A stretch of 62,097 nt of DNA, the filler included, from Dugesia japonica (lineage: Eukaryota), in NCBI GenBank assembly GCA_001938525.1. It is 5 parts of 5 records of this genome, joined end to end, with 100 filler letters (N's around TTAATTAATTAA, not from the genome) between each part and the next. Parts side by side here need not be neighbours in the genome. Positions count along the whole stretch, not along the records: positions 25,415 to 41,354 come from MQRL01602562.1; 4 more parts are not named here. One strand, 5' to 3'. Below, piece by piece: positions 25,976 to 39,790 of this stretch. The position numbers and the translations under genes are program-made. The notes beneath the pieces are model-generated. The model was not told the DNA's origin and made no database searches. It saw nothing but the letters and a program-made list of their open reading frames with translations. Every line of letters begins with the position of its first letter. Position 1 is the first letter of the stretch.

Positions 25976-27066
25976 GCAGCATATCTTAATTATAATTTAT
26001 TTAAATTTTTCTACAAACTGGATTCCTCAATAAAAAACTCATTTACATGTAGCTCTGCGATTGTAGAGTCTTCATTAAGTAACACGTTCCTCAAATGATG
26101 ATTCATCTATTCCGAGTGATTTATCAAATATATGTTTTCGGCCAAATTTGGTTAGTGACATTTTTAATATTCAACTTTTTAACTCAAAATAATGAATAAA
26201 TTTTACAATCAATTCTTTCTTTCAAATAATTTAGTTCCATTAAAAATAAATAAATAAATTTTATCCTCTAGAACATGAAAAAAGGATACTATTCTTATAT
26301 TAATTACTACATGATCCTGTAAATTAGGCGGCAGTAAATCCACATAACACTGACATGGGATAATGAAGGATATCAGCAACCTGCCTATCTGGCAATAACA
26401 ACAAAAATGAATGACGACATAGAGCATCAAAGATTAAATATGTGGCATTCCAATTTTAACGAGCTATCACTATATCACGGAGTCACCAGCGTTCTAAACC
26501 CCTTGTTTGGGAGTGACATTCATCATGTCGATAAGCCCCAATATATATTGACCCATTCATTGACTTTTGGTATTAATAAATGTTTAGTTTGTTTAAAGGT
26601 TAAATTTTTTAACATTCTAGTTCAATTTCTCTTAAAACACAAATAAATGTTGTTAGTAATTATTGCATATACACCATTTGCCTACTTTTATTGGCACAAT
26701 GAAAAACCATTAGCAGCCGTCACTACGGAGCTCCAAGAAAAAAGAAGGGAAAACGAAATCTCATAGGAACTCAACAGACTTTAGATGTGAAAAGCTCAAT
26801 CGCCATAAATTCAAGTGAAGCGGTTAAAGTAAAATAGACAGTCAAAAGCGACAGTGTCATAAATATAAGCCCAGAAAGACNNNNNNNNNNNNNNNNNNNN
26901 NNNNNNNNNNNNNNNNNNNNNNNNNNNNNNNNNNNNNNNNNNNNNNNNNNNNNNNNNNNNNNNNNNNNNNNNNNNNNNNNNNNNNNNNNNNACGAAAAGT
27001 AACTATAAAAATGTGAGCAGCAATAATTAGAAATCTGATTAGTGCGCGAGAATACATCATGTAAAA

Positions 27067-27546
27067 CAGTGATGGGTAATTTTTTTCGTCAACGGGCCAA
27101 ATGAAATAATCCTAAACATTGCGCGGGCCGGATTACATAATACTACATAATAATTATATATAAGTTTTTTGTCCAAAATGTACTAACCTAATTAGTACTA
27201 AGTACTTAATGATAAATAAGCATAGGATAGGAAAAAAATTGTAAGAAAATCTTTTATTGATATATTCACGTAGTACAAAAACTTCAATGCGTCGAATTTA
27301 GAATGTAATTACATCAAAGATAAACCAGTTAATTTAAACAAAAAGACCAAAGATCTTTTTTAACCAAAACCTATTGGGTCAATATTATTGGCGATAGCTA
27401 TGTATCTAAAAATTACAATAATTTCTAGTAAAATTTAAAAAAATATAAAATCATTGTAATCAAAAATTATTATATAATCAAAAAATTTCAATTCACGCCG
27501 CAGGCCGGATTCCACATCTTGACGGGCTGGCAGTTGCCCACCTCTG
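27067..27546. mobile_element. Non-autonomous hAT (Charlie-like) MITE, 480 bp
   Basis: Ends CAGTGATGGGTAA ... TTGCCCACCTCTG, with subterminal CGGGCCGGATT motifs. The flanks ATGTAAAA / GTGTAAAG form an imperfect 8-bp TSD with central TA. Confidence 0.8.
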
Positions 27547-28096
27547 GTGTAAAGCCTTCTGATCTTGGTGTTTACTTTTGATCTGTCAATTATCACGATA
27601 ACTATAAATTTTATTAATGTTAGACCTTATGTTAATCACCCAGCTAAAACTCTCAGACATGGCATCTTAACTTATTCAAACATGAATATAGATTGTAGCA
27701 AATAATAAGTACTTATTTTATGAACATACTATTTGGAGATTCATACTATTTAAATAGTATGACCAAAAATTTTGATTATGGTTTAATTATTTGAGTAATA
27801 TCCATGTTGTCACCTAATAATAAATAACTAATAAAATATATGTATATATATTAAAATATATTATATCTTCTTTTTTTATTTTTTACTTTTATGAGAAAAT
27901 TTGTTTAACTGCATAAAGAGAAAGAAATATTTCAGCAGAATAAAAAAATATGGAATTTTTAATAATTAATTAAGAATTTTATTGCTTTAATTTTTAATGG
28001 AACTTTTAATAAAATTAATGAAATTTAATATATCTCAAATTAAAAGAAAACATGGTAGCAAAGCGTGGTTGTTTGGAGATTTAGCCACGGCTCTCA

Positions 28097-28369
28097 AATC
28101 AGAAAATTATGGTGATACTTTTCAAAATTATTATCAAGCAATTCAGTTTGTTTCAAATAGTTTTGTTATGCCGTTATTTTGGATTATGCCAAGAGTATTT
28201 ATGCATAAAAGATATCGAAAATGCAATAACATTATTTGAAGAAGTTCTCAAAATGTATCCAAACAATTACGAAACGTTAAAAATTCTTGGCAGTTGGTAT
28301 GTTCAATCAGATAAAGAGGAACAAGCAAAGAATATGTTTCAAAATGTTACAGAAATAGAACCGGCTAGG
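28097..28369 (+). pseudogene. CTR9: CTR9 (PAF1 complex TPR protein) gene fragment, frameshifted
   Basis: ENYGDTFQNYYQAIQFVSNSFVMPLF/GLCQEYL..KDIENAITLFEEVLKMYPNNYETLKILGSWY matches CTR9 '[32 protein letters not shown]...ENA..[23 protein letters not shown]'. Frameshift near 28178. Confidence 0.85.
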
Positions 28370-30278
28370 GTTAATCCATTTTTTATTTTCTTTTTTAAAT
28401 AAAAAATATTATATTTATTATAATAATAATTTTGATGATAATAATAGTAATAAAATGATAAAGTTAAATTAATACTTAAAAGGCTTGGAATCTCTATGAC
28501 AAGATGGCAATGTAGAGGATTTAGGCGAACGCCAAATAGTAAATCAGCGTCCAGGGGCGCTTGGAACGCTAATGACGCCTAGTCCCAAGCTAGAAATTAA
28601 AAGAGAGAATTTTCAATGAGCTTTTAATAAAATTAATGAAATTTAATATATCTCAAATTAAAAGAAAACAATCCGTTAGTATTAATTATGTTTTTATGAG
28701 CATGTTATTGATTATATCTATAAATTCATATAGATACGATGAATCTGCGAACTCTCGTTAATATTTCTTAATTTGGCAAATAATAAAAAATTTGGTTGTG
28801 AACTTTTATACGTTATCACCCTTTTTACGTTATTTTCTCCGTTATAATGGTAAGTAATATAAAAAGTAGTTATATCACTACATCTAGATAAAGGCGTTAC
28901 AATTTCAAATAGTGTAAAATTAAAATGTTATTGTTATTCATGTTAATGTTATACAAGTTATTTAAAAACGCTAAAACATGTATTTTTTAACCAAAATGGA
29001 ATTTTCGTATTTTTNACATTTTTATAGACGACAATGAAGATGGAAATAATATTTCTATATCTACTTATAATATTAATAGTGTATTGATTAAATAAAGTGA
29101 TTTTAAATTAATAAAAAAATTAAGTTAATGAAACGACGTCGAAGTGATATGGAAATATTATCTATCATGACATTTTGTAATAAATCTGGTAAGTATGGTT
29201 TGAGACAGTAAAATTTTTGATATTTCGACTGAAGTTGTTAACAAAAATAAATAAAGTAATGTAATNTAATTTTCAAAAATAGTTTAATATGAATTTATTT
29301 TTTATTAAAATTAATTTGAATGAAATTTTTGAAATATTTAATTAAAAACTTGTAATTATAAAATTTAAAAATTTTTAAAATGGTAATTTTCTAAAGTTTA
29401 ATGTTTTTACTCATTAAATAATTTTTTAATTAACTTCAGTCAGAATATTAAAAAATGTTAAGCTTGTTTTAAATTTGTTTAAGAAGACAAGTGAATAATT
29501 TGTGTTGTCTGTTGCTGTAATAAATTTTGGAAATGAAAAGTATTGTTCTTATGAATTGAACGATGAGTGTAACAAACTCATCAAACAAACCCTTATATGT
29601 TTTGTTTTCCAAGAAATATGTTTGCTTTCTTCCATTTCAAAAAGAATCTTATTAAATGACAGACTAAATAACGGTTTAAGTTGAAAATATTCAATAATAG
29701 CAAGAATAGCTGGAAATTGCCCTCACTATGCGTTTAACAATCGAGTATAATTTAAACTTTAAGTTAAAGTATTTTTGTTCATGTACTTAATTCTGAACGT
29801 CAACCAAATTGTTAGAAATCGAGCGAAGCTAGGCCAATTTCTAATTTTATGGCAAAATTTAATTCAGCAGATTACTTAATTCAATCATGAGATGCGAAAA
29901 TTGTCACCAATAATTATAGTGGGAGATTAAAGTTGATTGATTGCTCTGTGATAAATTATAAATCCATTTTAATACTTCATGTTTTATTTATTATTAAAAG
30001 AATCGAAAATGGAAACGGTTTTTCATATTGTTCTCAACGCAAACAATTATCAAAAATTGATATATTAAAATGGCCAGTCTTTAACTGAATTCATATTAAA
30101 ATATTAAACATTTATTAACAAATGTGTCAACACGCAATATTTATTGACTTCATCTAATTTCAACAAATATTCTAATTTAGTCGTAAAATGCATAAAATTA
30201 TTTTTAAAAATTATAATCAAAAATCTTCATTATATTGAGTATAAAAATCCGGAATTATGAATGATCACTGAAATTAAA

Positions 30279-30728
30279 TCACGCTTCAACAACAGATATT
30301 TCTTCAGCAGCCTCATTTACAATAACTTGTGTATCTAACATTGAACGAGGTCTGCTAGTATTGCTAAGACGCAAAATTGAATTACTTGCTGATCCATCTG
30401 TTGGAGTTCTGTATTTTCGAAGCTTTTTTTGTGGAATTATTTCAACGTCCTTCTCTCCATAGATCTCCACAATAAATGGACCTTCACTTTCATCAAGCAT
30501 ACGTAATTTTACAAGAGTACTTAGCCGACAACTGATAAAACATCCCCCAAAACAAACTAAACATTCGAAACTACTAATTCCTAGAGTTACTAATAAAAGT
30601 GTGTCCATTTTTTCTTTCCTAAATGTTTGACCATCGGTAGTATGATTGACAATTCCTAATCGTGACAATTGTATTCCAACAATAGCTGAAACGAATGAAA
30701 CCAGAGTTGAAGCTGTGTAGCATAGCAT
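30279..30728 (-). CDS. Terminal exon of a TMEM196-like membrane protein
   Basis: Clean 149-codon ORF beginning right after a TTTTAG acceptor, with two hydrophobic helices. MLCYTAS...IVGIQLSR and CFISCRLS...RM resemble TMEM196 (MILFSAC...ILNFQFLR; WLTCRLAS...RM). Upstream exons were not identified. Confidence 0.65.
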   Translation of the reverse strand: MLCYTASTLVSFVSAIVGIQLSRLGIVNHTTDGQTFRKEKMDTLLLVTLGISSFECLVCFGGCFISCRLSTLVKLRMLDESEGPFIVEIYGEKDVEIIPQKKLRKYRTPTDGSASNSILRLSNTSRPRSMLDTQVIVNEAAEEISVVEA

Positions 30729-32666
30729 CTAAAATATTTACAATTACTTATTATATTGAAATTAAAATAAATTAAATAAAACAAAATAAATGAAAAATTA
30801 ATAATAAATCTCTAAATTAAAACTCAGGGTACATTTCTTTTTGTTTTATCTTTTAAGATATCTATTTTGAAATTAACAAATTCAACAAAATTAATTTCTA
30901 TTAGTACCAATCTAATTAGTTTCGATTCTAAAAGAAAACAAACCAAAAAAATATTTATAACTTTAAAAATTCAATGTAAAAAGTCTCAATTGATGAATAC
31001 AATGTCAATTATGTCCATCACAATCTTCCAATAAAAGTCAAATATCATTATAAAATAGACATAATTCATAATCCTTTAAGGTTTTTATATTATATATTTA
31101 AATTTGTAATAATTATATATTTTTATATTTACATTTTTATTTTATATTTTTACATTTATATTTTTTATATTATATATTTATATTATGTTTTTTTATATAA
31201 TATAAGGTTTTTCAAATAAATACAGTTTTATTTATCTATACATTTATTTATTTTATCGCATTCGTTTAATTTATTAATTGACACCCAACGATATATTAGA
31301 TTTTATTAATTTGTACAACTTACAAAGACAAATCCATCACAATTCAACAATACTGTTCGAGTTTGAAAATACCTAAAGCAGCCTTATTAATTTTATTCTA
31401 AAATCGAATTTTATGAACAAAATATCACGAAATCGTTACTATATTCTTAAAAAGAAGTTATTTATCGATTAATTCGTGTAATTTATTCAAATATTGTTTA
31501 AATTCGTGGTTCGTACCTTTCACTTGCTAAAATNNNNNNNNNNNNNNNNNNNNNNNNNNNNNNNNNNNNNNNNNNNNNNNNNNNNNNNNNNNNNNNNNNN
31601 NNNNNNNNNNNNNNNNNNNNNNNNNNNNNNNNNNNNNNNNNNNNNNNNNNNNNNNNNNNNNNNNNNNNNNNNNNNNNNNNNNNNNNNNNNNNNNNNNNNN
31701 NNNNNNNNNNNNNNNNNNNNNNNNNNNNNNNNNNNNNNNNNNNNNNTTAAATGATTATAAAATTTTCAATTATGCAATCTCAATAAAAAATTTCAATAAA
31801 ATAATTTTAAGAGTGATGATTAAATCTCAATGAAAAAGAAATAAATCGATTGACGAGTTGTAAATAAATAAAAATTAATAAATTGGAAAATGTTATAATG
31901 ATTTGAAAATCCATAATAATTCTATTGAAGAAAGGATTGTGTATGATTCCGAATTAGCAATTTAAAATACAATGTTGGAATTAGAAGACACCCGTGCTGA
32001 TTTCATCAATTCTTCTCCAAAATGGAGAAAAAATATCACACAAGTAATCAAGTATTTTAAATTTATATCAGTTTTGTTACATGTTTTCTGTTTGGAGATT
32101 ATCTAAAACTCTCGGAAATTTTACTGTCAATATATTAAAAAAATTAATTCACAAAAAATTTAATATTATGCTGCCTTGTTTATTTTAATTTTTGTATGAG
32201 ACAATCCTTTGAATAAATAATAAAAAATTTGCATTTTGAGCTTAAGAAATTAAACTTCATTGGAAAATGTTGATATTATTAATGTAAGTGTTAAAATTAT
32301 GTTTTCCGTGAATAATAACGATTGTTAATAAAAATTCTTTTGTATTTGTCCGCCATTATCACATGAACACTGGCGTACAAAATATTATCAATCTCAATCT
32401 ATAAATATAAGTTTGTATTGCAATAGTTGCCTGCTTAGTGGCTTTTGGGTGAATCACCACTTTCTTGAAATCTTCCAATGTTTGTGTAAAACAATGTCAG
32501 CCGATTCCAACAGTGATTCATCATCACTCAGTCTTTTCCCTACTCGTAATCGTCTTTTATGCTCCACCAGTATTACATTGGATTTTAATACATATTTTCA
32601 TTCCGGATACAAAGGTGTTACTTTCTAATAACCTTTTTTCTCATTACTAATGAGGCTATGTATATA

Positions 32667-33304
32667 TGAATTTGGAATTGTCCTTCTGAGATCCAATGTA
32701 GGTAATTCCAAATTTTTGTGCTTTTCTTTGTCATTACAATCATCCATACATTCATTAAAAGATCTTTATTTTCAATATACTTGGGAACTATAAATAATTT
32801 TCAAGGCTGAAAACCTGGTGCTCTCATTGATTTATTTTTTCGTTTCTAAGTAAAATGTTATATATCTGCCCACTGGCATCATTACTAAAATTATCAATCT
32901 AATAAAATAATTAGTTTTAATTATAGTTCTTAATTAATTCTAAAATTGCGTTTTAAGGTAAATTNNNNNNNNNNNNNNNNNNNNNNNNNNNNNNNNNNNN
33001 NNNNNNNNNNNNNNTGAATTTGGAATTGTCCTTCTGAGATCCAATGTAGGTAATTCCAAATTTTTGTGCTTTTCTTTGTCATTACAATAATCCATACATT
33101 CATTAAAAGATCTTTATTTTCAATATACTTGGGAACTATAAATAATTTTCAAAAACCTGGTGCTCTCATTGATTTATTTTTTCGTTTCTAAGTAAAGTGT
33201 TATATCTGCCCACTGGCATCATTTCTAAACTTATCAATCTAATAAAATAATTAGTTTTAATTATAGTTCTTAATTAATTCTAAAATTGCGTTTTAAGGTA
33301 AATT
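32667..33304 (+). repeat. Near-identical tandem duplication of about 295 bp across a gap
   Basis: 32667-32964 and 33015-33304 differ only by a few substitutions and small indels and are separated by 50 N. Confidence 0.9.
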
Positions 33305-33649
33305 TTAATATTTTAGGATTAATTTATTTATACTTATTTATTGTAGGTTGTGTGTATAAATCTAATTTTAGCGTTCGACCAATCAAATTTCAGTTTGGCC
33401 AATTTCAAAAATCACAGTAAACTTTATCAATTATGGTCAGAGTTAAAAAGCATATAATACATAACTATAAGATCAAACATATAATCAATTATCAAATAAA
33501 TCCATGCAATAATATCATTAATATGCCAATGAATTTTAAAATTAGTGTCACAATATAAAAATGTCTCTCATATTTAGTTTACAGTTTAATATATATTTTA
33601 GGCTCAGATCTAGAATCTCAAGAATAATTCCCGAAAATGTCACTAGTGA

Positions 33650-33876
33650 AAAGGAAAAAATTTATTAATCGTAAAATTAAATGATCCATCTGCTTCAGAT
33701 TTTTGTTTTAATCGCAACGGATATCTTTGAGTATTTACTTCGATTATCTTTTTATATCTATTTGCATGCACAATAATAGATTCAATCCTTTTATATTGAA
33801 CTGGTTTCAACTGTAGGTTTGTATCGATAACTCCGCATATACCATAAGATCCGTTAACAATCCCAAAGTATTTTGC
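33650..33876 (-). pseudogene. Possible PIF1/Helitron-type helicase C-terminal fragment
   Basis: GIVNGSYG and TQRYPLRL resemble the PIF1-family GLVNGxxG and RxQFPLxL motifs. The fragment is cut by the hAT TIR at 33877. Confidence 0.4.
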
Positions 33877-35645
33877 CAGTGGTCTCAAATTTCAATTTTT
33901 CCAACGTCCCAATTAAAAACGAAATGATAAAATTTATATTGTCTCTAGACTAATATTTTCTTTCAAAAAATTAGTTTTTTAACTTTCGATTAATAGCATA
34001 AAAATTATTTAGCATCAGTTTAAAAGTAAAAAAAATAATTAAAAAAAATTTTATTAAATTTTAATTAATGGATTGAATGGTATTGTAAACATTATTCAAT
34101 AAGTAACTAAAATTATAACTTAATATTTATTGCTAAGACACATTTTAAATCGTACTGAGGATTAAAATTATTTCCCAGTGGGTTTTAATTGCTGCAAGAG
34201 CAGAAAATCCAGCTTCACAAAGATAAGTAGTTATGAAGGGAATAAAATTTTATCAGTTTCTTTTCTAATTATTGGTTTATCTTCCAAGGAGGCCCAAAAA
34301 TCCATAATTATCATTTGAGAAAATCTTTGTTTTTGATTCGAATTTCATTGCGAATCAATCAGTCCCTCTTGAAATCTATTAATTTCTTCACCATAATTTA
34401 TACAATTTACATTAAATAGATCCTTAATCCAGTTTTTTGTTTTTAGGCCAGTATCTCTCGACAAATATTGGCTCATCTTATAATGGAGCTTCATTAAATA
34501 TTGTTGAAAAACTGAAAATAAATGTAAGTCCAACGTAATTTCTGTAAAAAACTATTTAAAGTTGAAAATGCAGAAATTTTTCGTAATGCCAATTTTTCTT
34601 TCTAAAGAATCACCTTTTTCTTAACGATAAATATATTTTTAGTAATGTCAATTATTGTTTTATTTAATCCTTGCATATTTAGATTTAGCTCATTTAGATG
34701 ATTAAATATATCACACAAAAAAGTGAGCATTTAATAACCAAGTACTATCCTTAAAACGGTTTGCTAACGGCTTACAACTTGAGATTTGAACTAAATTACA
34801 GGTTCATAAATCAATCACAAAAACTCATTTCTAAAATGTGTTATTGTGTTTCCTATAGTACAATATCTTACAAACTATCAAATGTTAGTGATTTCAAATG
34901 AAAGGACCGTTATCAGCGACAGAACGTAGTTTTGTATTGGATGTAGAACAGGAACACTGTCTCAAACATTTCTTCAAATGTGTTTTTACTTGTTTATAAA
35001 ATTTTATTTTCTACCCTTTATTGCAAAGAGCTCAGCTCACCAAAGAAATCTTCAATTGGACGACATTAGGGAAAATTTGTTGGGTTCCTCTCTTTTGGAT
35101 ATTTTTGGTCTTTAGAAAGTTAACTACCATAATTGTATAATGTGACGAGGGTTTGTCGGGACAGAATACATAATCATCGTTAGCATGATATTTTAGAATA
35201 AATAGAATCAAAATTTTAGCCAAATATTCCTTTTGATAATGTTCCATATTGATCTTCAGACTATTTGGGTTAAAATGTTTCAGATACAGAGANNNNNNNN
35301 NNNNNNNNNNNNNNNNNNNNNNNATTTTCTTAAACTTGAAATAAACTTGAGCTGGAACAGTACTCACATCTTTAGAATAATAAATACATTATCTAGCATT
35401 TAAATTTTATTCAAAGTGAAATAATCTTCGTCATCCAAAACATAATTTTTTCTCCGTTAATTATTGGTCATCCAACGACAGCTTCCTTTCACCTGTAATA
35501 TTTCCAATTCGGTGTATGCTGGTGACTTCTGTTTCTGGCTTTAATGCCAACTTTTATCAATGATTCTGTATTTACACTTGTAAATCCATAGCGTAAAAAT
35601 TACTCCTTATAAACATGTATCTGAATTACTTTTTTAGACATTTGA
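33877..35645 (-). mobile_element. Degenerate hAT (Buster-like) transposon
   Basis: TIR-like CAGTGGTCTCAAA at 33877. Minus-strand translation gives LTFLCDIFNHLNELNLNMQG...WIKDLF...QEGLID... and PFITTYLCEAGFSALAAIKT (hAT dimerisation domain). An N-terminal MSKK...LRYGFT piece lies at about 35575-35641. Confidence 0.85.
35030..35460 (-). mobile_element. DD37E-like Tc1/mariner transposase fragment nested in the hAT element
   Basis: YVLDDEDYFTL ... YVFCPDKPSSHYT...VNFLKTKNI ... NPTN.P.CRPIEDF resembles the DD37E motifs MDDE.Y, WPDLASSHY and RPIE.FW. Confidence 0.7.
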
Positions 35646-35959
35646 GGTATTAAAAAAAACTAAAATATGAATTTAAAGTATTTATAAAATTCATGATAAA
35701 ACCATATGATAATGTCATTTATGGTGAAATCAATTAAAATAAAATCCATTATAATAAAATCTGTTGAGATCAACTTTTTAGATTGAAATTTTTCCATTTT
35801 CACCTTTTTTATTGCATTTGAATATTGTTGTCATAAAAAGCAATATGCTTAATATACTTAACATAATCTATTTTTCTCTTTATAAGACAAAATAATTTAA
35901 TACGTAATAAATTTACGTTTACCAACATCATATTCAATATAAACAATTTGTAAGTTTCT

Positions 35960-36360
35960 TAAGGTCTCGACTTTGGAAATCAATGCTCTATAGGATTTTT
36001 AGCATTACTCTGATTTTCTGAGATTTTAGCAATTTGCGCAACAATTTATAAGAATCCACGATTATCTCTCGTCCTTTAAACCTTTGCAAAACTTAAATAT
36101 GAATTCACTTTAAATGAAGTTTAATGGGATTTTCTGATTTGACGAGTTTCTTACTCACTCTCCGATAACTCTCCAGATTTAATCTCATCTTCTCTCTTTA
36201 TTTTCAGATCCATCTGATTTATATTTGTTAGATTCTCCATTGATTTAGAATTATCTTTATTAACATTTCCAAATTTAATACAGTTCAATGTATAATCATC
36301 TCTTCCCATCGCTTTAAATCCACTCAATTAACCCTGTCCAAAGCCACTATCAAATAGGTT
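35960..36360 (-). pseudogene. Possible highly decayed non-LTR reverse transcriptase fragment
   Basis: LSGFKAMGRD (domain-0-like KAxGxD) and a WRVIG segment are present, with many stops. Confidence 0.3.
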
Positions 36361-36810
36361 CTCGTCATCATTTAATTCTTGGTTATTAAATTCTAGTACA
36401 CATACTTTTTAATAAATTATTTTCCAATACTTTTCATTTTACTACACCAATGCTATTTATAATATTCAAGTCCTCTTTGACCAATATCTACTTAATTCAA
36501 AAACGGAAGAAAATTAGCCTTTTTCTCTCTAAATTCGTTTCCAAATTTCTGCATTGCCTGTTTAATTTTATTTGTTTACATTGTATGCAGAAAAGGTACC
36601 AAAGGCGCATGAAATGACGTTTCACATGACATCCATTTAAAATTTCGTCTAATATCATTTGAATTTTATCTCCATCTTTAACCGGCTAACTAACATTGTA
36701 ANNNNNNNNNNNNNNNNNNNNNNNNNNNNNTGAAATTTTTTCCCATATTTCTTGATTTTGTAAAACTGTAATTACATTCCCACTTCGCAGAATCATTTCG
36801 AGATCCGCAA

Positions 36811-36959
36811 TACAGTGAAACCTCTTAAATGAACCACTCTAGAGCGAAATCCTTTGGTCTATATAGAGATAAAATGAATAAAACTAATTTATTTCAAAGG
36901 CGGTACACAGAAGCAGATGGTCTACTTAAAGTAGTATTATTGTATTTCAAAGGTTTTAT
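36811..36959 (+). mobile_element. pogo/Tigger-type TIR end
   Basis: TA-CAGTGAAACCTC at 36811. A similar TA-CAGTTAAACCTG end lies at 12665. Confidence 0.55.
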
Positions 36960-39359
36960 NNNNNNNNNNNNNNNNNNNNNNNNNNNNNNNNNNNNNNNNN
37001 NNNNNNNNNTTAATGTAAAAAGTTGTTTTAATCATTAATTATCAATAAATTACCAATAATAAATTTACAATAATAATAATACATTAATAATATTTTTTTT
37101 CAATACTAATAGTATAAATAATATTAAAAGTAGTTTAAATATAACAAAAATAAATGAATATGAAATATTGTAATTATTAAAACAATTAAATATTAAAAAT
37201 TGTAATTATGTTCACTATATAAATAATTTAGAAGTTCAGTGCAGAAAAAAATATTATTTAATAACTATATTTTGATTTTGTGATTTTCAATTAGTTTAAC
37301 TTTTTAATATCAGAATTAACAATTAAAATTTTCTAACTAGATAATCAGTTTTGTTGGTTTCTATCGATTTCAATCTAGGCATATTTTTTTAGTGTTAAAA
37401 TTATTATACAATAAATAAATATGATAATNAATAAATATAAAATAATATTATAATAAAATTATATAGTAATATCATTTCTTTTATAACTTACGATTTTAAA
37501 TTTAATAAAATAAGTTTCTTTCACATAAAGAACTGGAAAATCTGCATTAATTGTTTATAGATTTTCTACAATAATTTTATTTTCTATTTATTTCATTTTT
37601 ATAATTTAATTTAATTTAAAGTTTATTTTTTTCATTTAATAATGACTTTTGATTATAAATTTGTTTTCTCAATTTTTCATTATATCTTGAATAATTTTAA
37701 ATATTTAATCTAATTGAGACAAATCTTTTTAAACTATTATTAAATTTTTATATTTTTTATATTTAATTTAGTATTTACTAATGTTATACTTATTCATAAA
37801 AGTAGGAGACAGGTAGGCACGAGACTAAAGGAAAATGCAGTTCACGCTTCATTGACTTCACACATCATTAATTGACACTTAATTGACTTTACACCGCTAA
37901 TTAACTACAAATACCATTTATTCACACATCATTAATAAAAAGTCAGAATCAAAAAGTAATTAAAATAATGAGTGCGAATCACAGTGTTAATGAGATTTAC
38001 CAACAAATCAAGCGCTAAAGAACCATGATGTAATTAATCATTAAGTGTATTAATTAATTCGCAGATCATAATATAATTATTGATTGTATGATGAGGCCTA
38101 GTAATCGTTATAAATATTAACGCTTAGACATTGTATGACATTGATTTTGCATGGTTATTTGCACATCGTTAATGAAACGTCAGAACCATGAAGTAATTAA
38201 TCATTGAGTATAATCAATTCACACATTATCTGAAAACAATTATTAATTGTATTATCCGACTGATTAATCATTACTACTTTTATTATTATAGTTATCATTT
38301 TTATGATCATTACTAAAAATATTATAAATACATTATAATTTTTATTAATAATATTCATTATTATATTTATTATTATTGAAAATCAATTATTTGTTGCATT
38401 CTTTACAAATTGTTTTATTGATTGTTCTTCATTATAAAATTCTGGATAAAATAATACTTGATATTCTCGATCAGTTTCATATATTACTTTAAGAAAATAA
38501 ATTTGCTCAACTCCAGATAAATCTTGAAACTGGCAAGTCTTTTCCCGGCAATTATGACAGGATATTTCCAAAAAACATTGTTCTCTTGATAGTTTTGACA
38601 ATTAATTATAATTATTATTATAATTATAATCAGTTCTGTTTTACCAATAAATATTTTTGAAGAAAATACTGTTTTATTTTGAATAGTGTTTCCAAATGAG
38701 TTTAATTTTTCACATGGGTTTTCATAATTGACTTAATACATACTTAATTGATTATTCATGATAAAATATTTTACATATACAAACAGTTACTAAAATGTAC
38801 AGTTCCTCATAGATCAGTTACTTCATTTAATTCAACATATTCATACTTAGACTAGAACGTTATCATTAAATCAATATATTTAACACTACCAGTGAAATAC
38901 TTGTAATTTCGAAAATTTTAAAATTTCAAAGTGAAAGATTGAAAAATATGTAATATTATAAAGAATATTACAATTCATTAAGTTTTATTATTATTGTTAT
39001 TATTAAATAATTATTAATTAAATAAATAAATTAAATTGAACTAAGATTTATTTTTAAAAACTTTAACCAATGTTACAATACATAGGATTTNNNNNNNNNN
39101 NNNNNNNNATCTATAATTGACTTTACTTTGCTATTCACACATCAGAACTAGGAAGTAATTAATCATTGAGTATATTAATTAATTCACAGATCATAAAATA
39201 TTGATTTTCTGTATGAAAATTAATTTTCAGTTTCACACTTAGTGCAATGTACAATCACTTCTAAGATTTTATTTTATTTTTAATATATATTTCTTTTGTT
39301 AGTAATTATTATTATTAAACCTTTTTATTATTGATTATGAGTATTATACGAAAATTATG

Positions 39360-39790
39360 ACTAGCGTGATTTTTTGCAGGAAAATCCAAAATTATGGAAA
39401 ATTCTGAATATAAATGCAAAAAATTGCAAAATTTAAATGGAGATAATTTATATACCTTGTAAAGTAAATACAAAAAAATCATTATATTTATTTTTAAATT
39501 GCTTGACTAAGATAAAAATTAATTTTGCCCATACTACTTTACCAGTTGAAAGAAGTTTCTCAATGTTGAGAAAAATGCTTAATTATAATAGAAAATTTGA
39601 TCGTAAAAATAACTTAATTACTTTCCTCATTTGCATAATTCTAAAGTAGGAAGATTAAATCATGATGATGAGCTTAAGTGAATAAAATTTTTATGAATAC
39701 ATAGTTTCATTTGGTTTTTATAAATGCAAAATTTCCCCAATTTAAATGCAAATTGTTTCATTATAATTGCAAAGTCCATGTTGCCTAGTG
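39360..39790 (+). mobile_element. Internally deleted hAT-related element
   Basis: Encodes TTLPVERSFSMLRKML..NRKF (hAT C-terminal ERSFS motif). The ends CTAGCGTGATTTTTTGCA and TGCAAAGTCCATGTTGCCTAG are imperfect inverted repeats. Confidence 0.55.

Noticed and set aside
26320-26470. Possible carboxylesterase C-terminal relic (W...YLAI...RL.MW)
   Set aside because: Similarity is too weak to support without a search.
29690-29845. Helitron-like 3' hairpin (GAGCGAAGCT...CTAA)
   Set aside because: The hairpin is short and the CTRR end is ambiguous.
32667-33304. Tandem duplication as a biological event
   Set aside because: The copies flank an N gap and differ slightly, which is typical of unmerged haplotype overlap.
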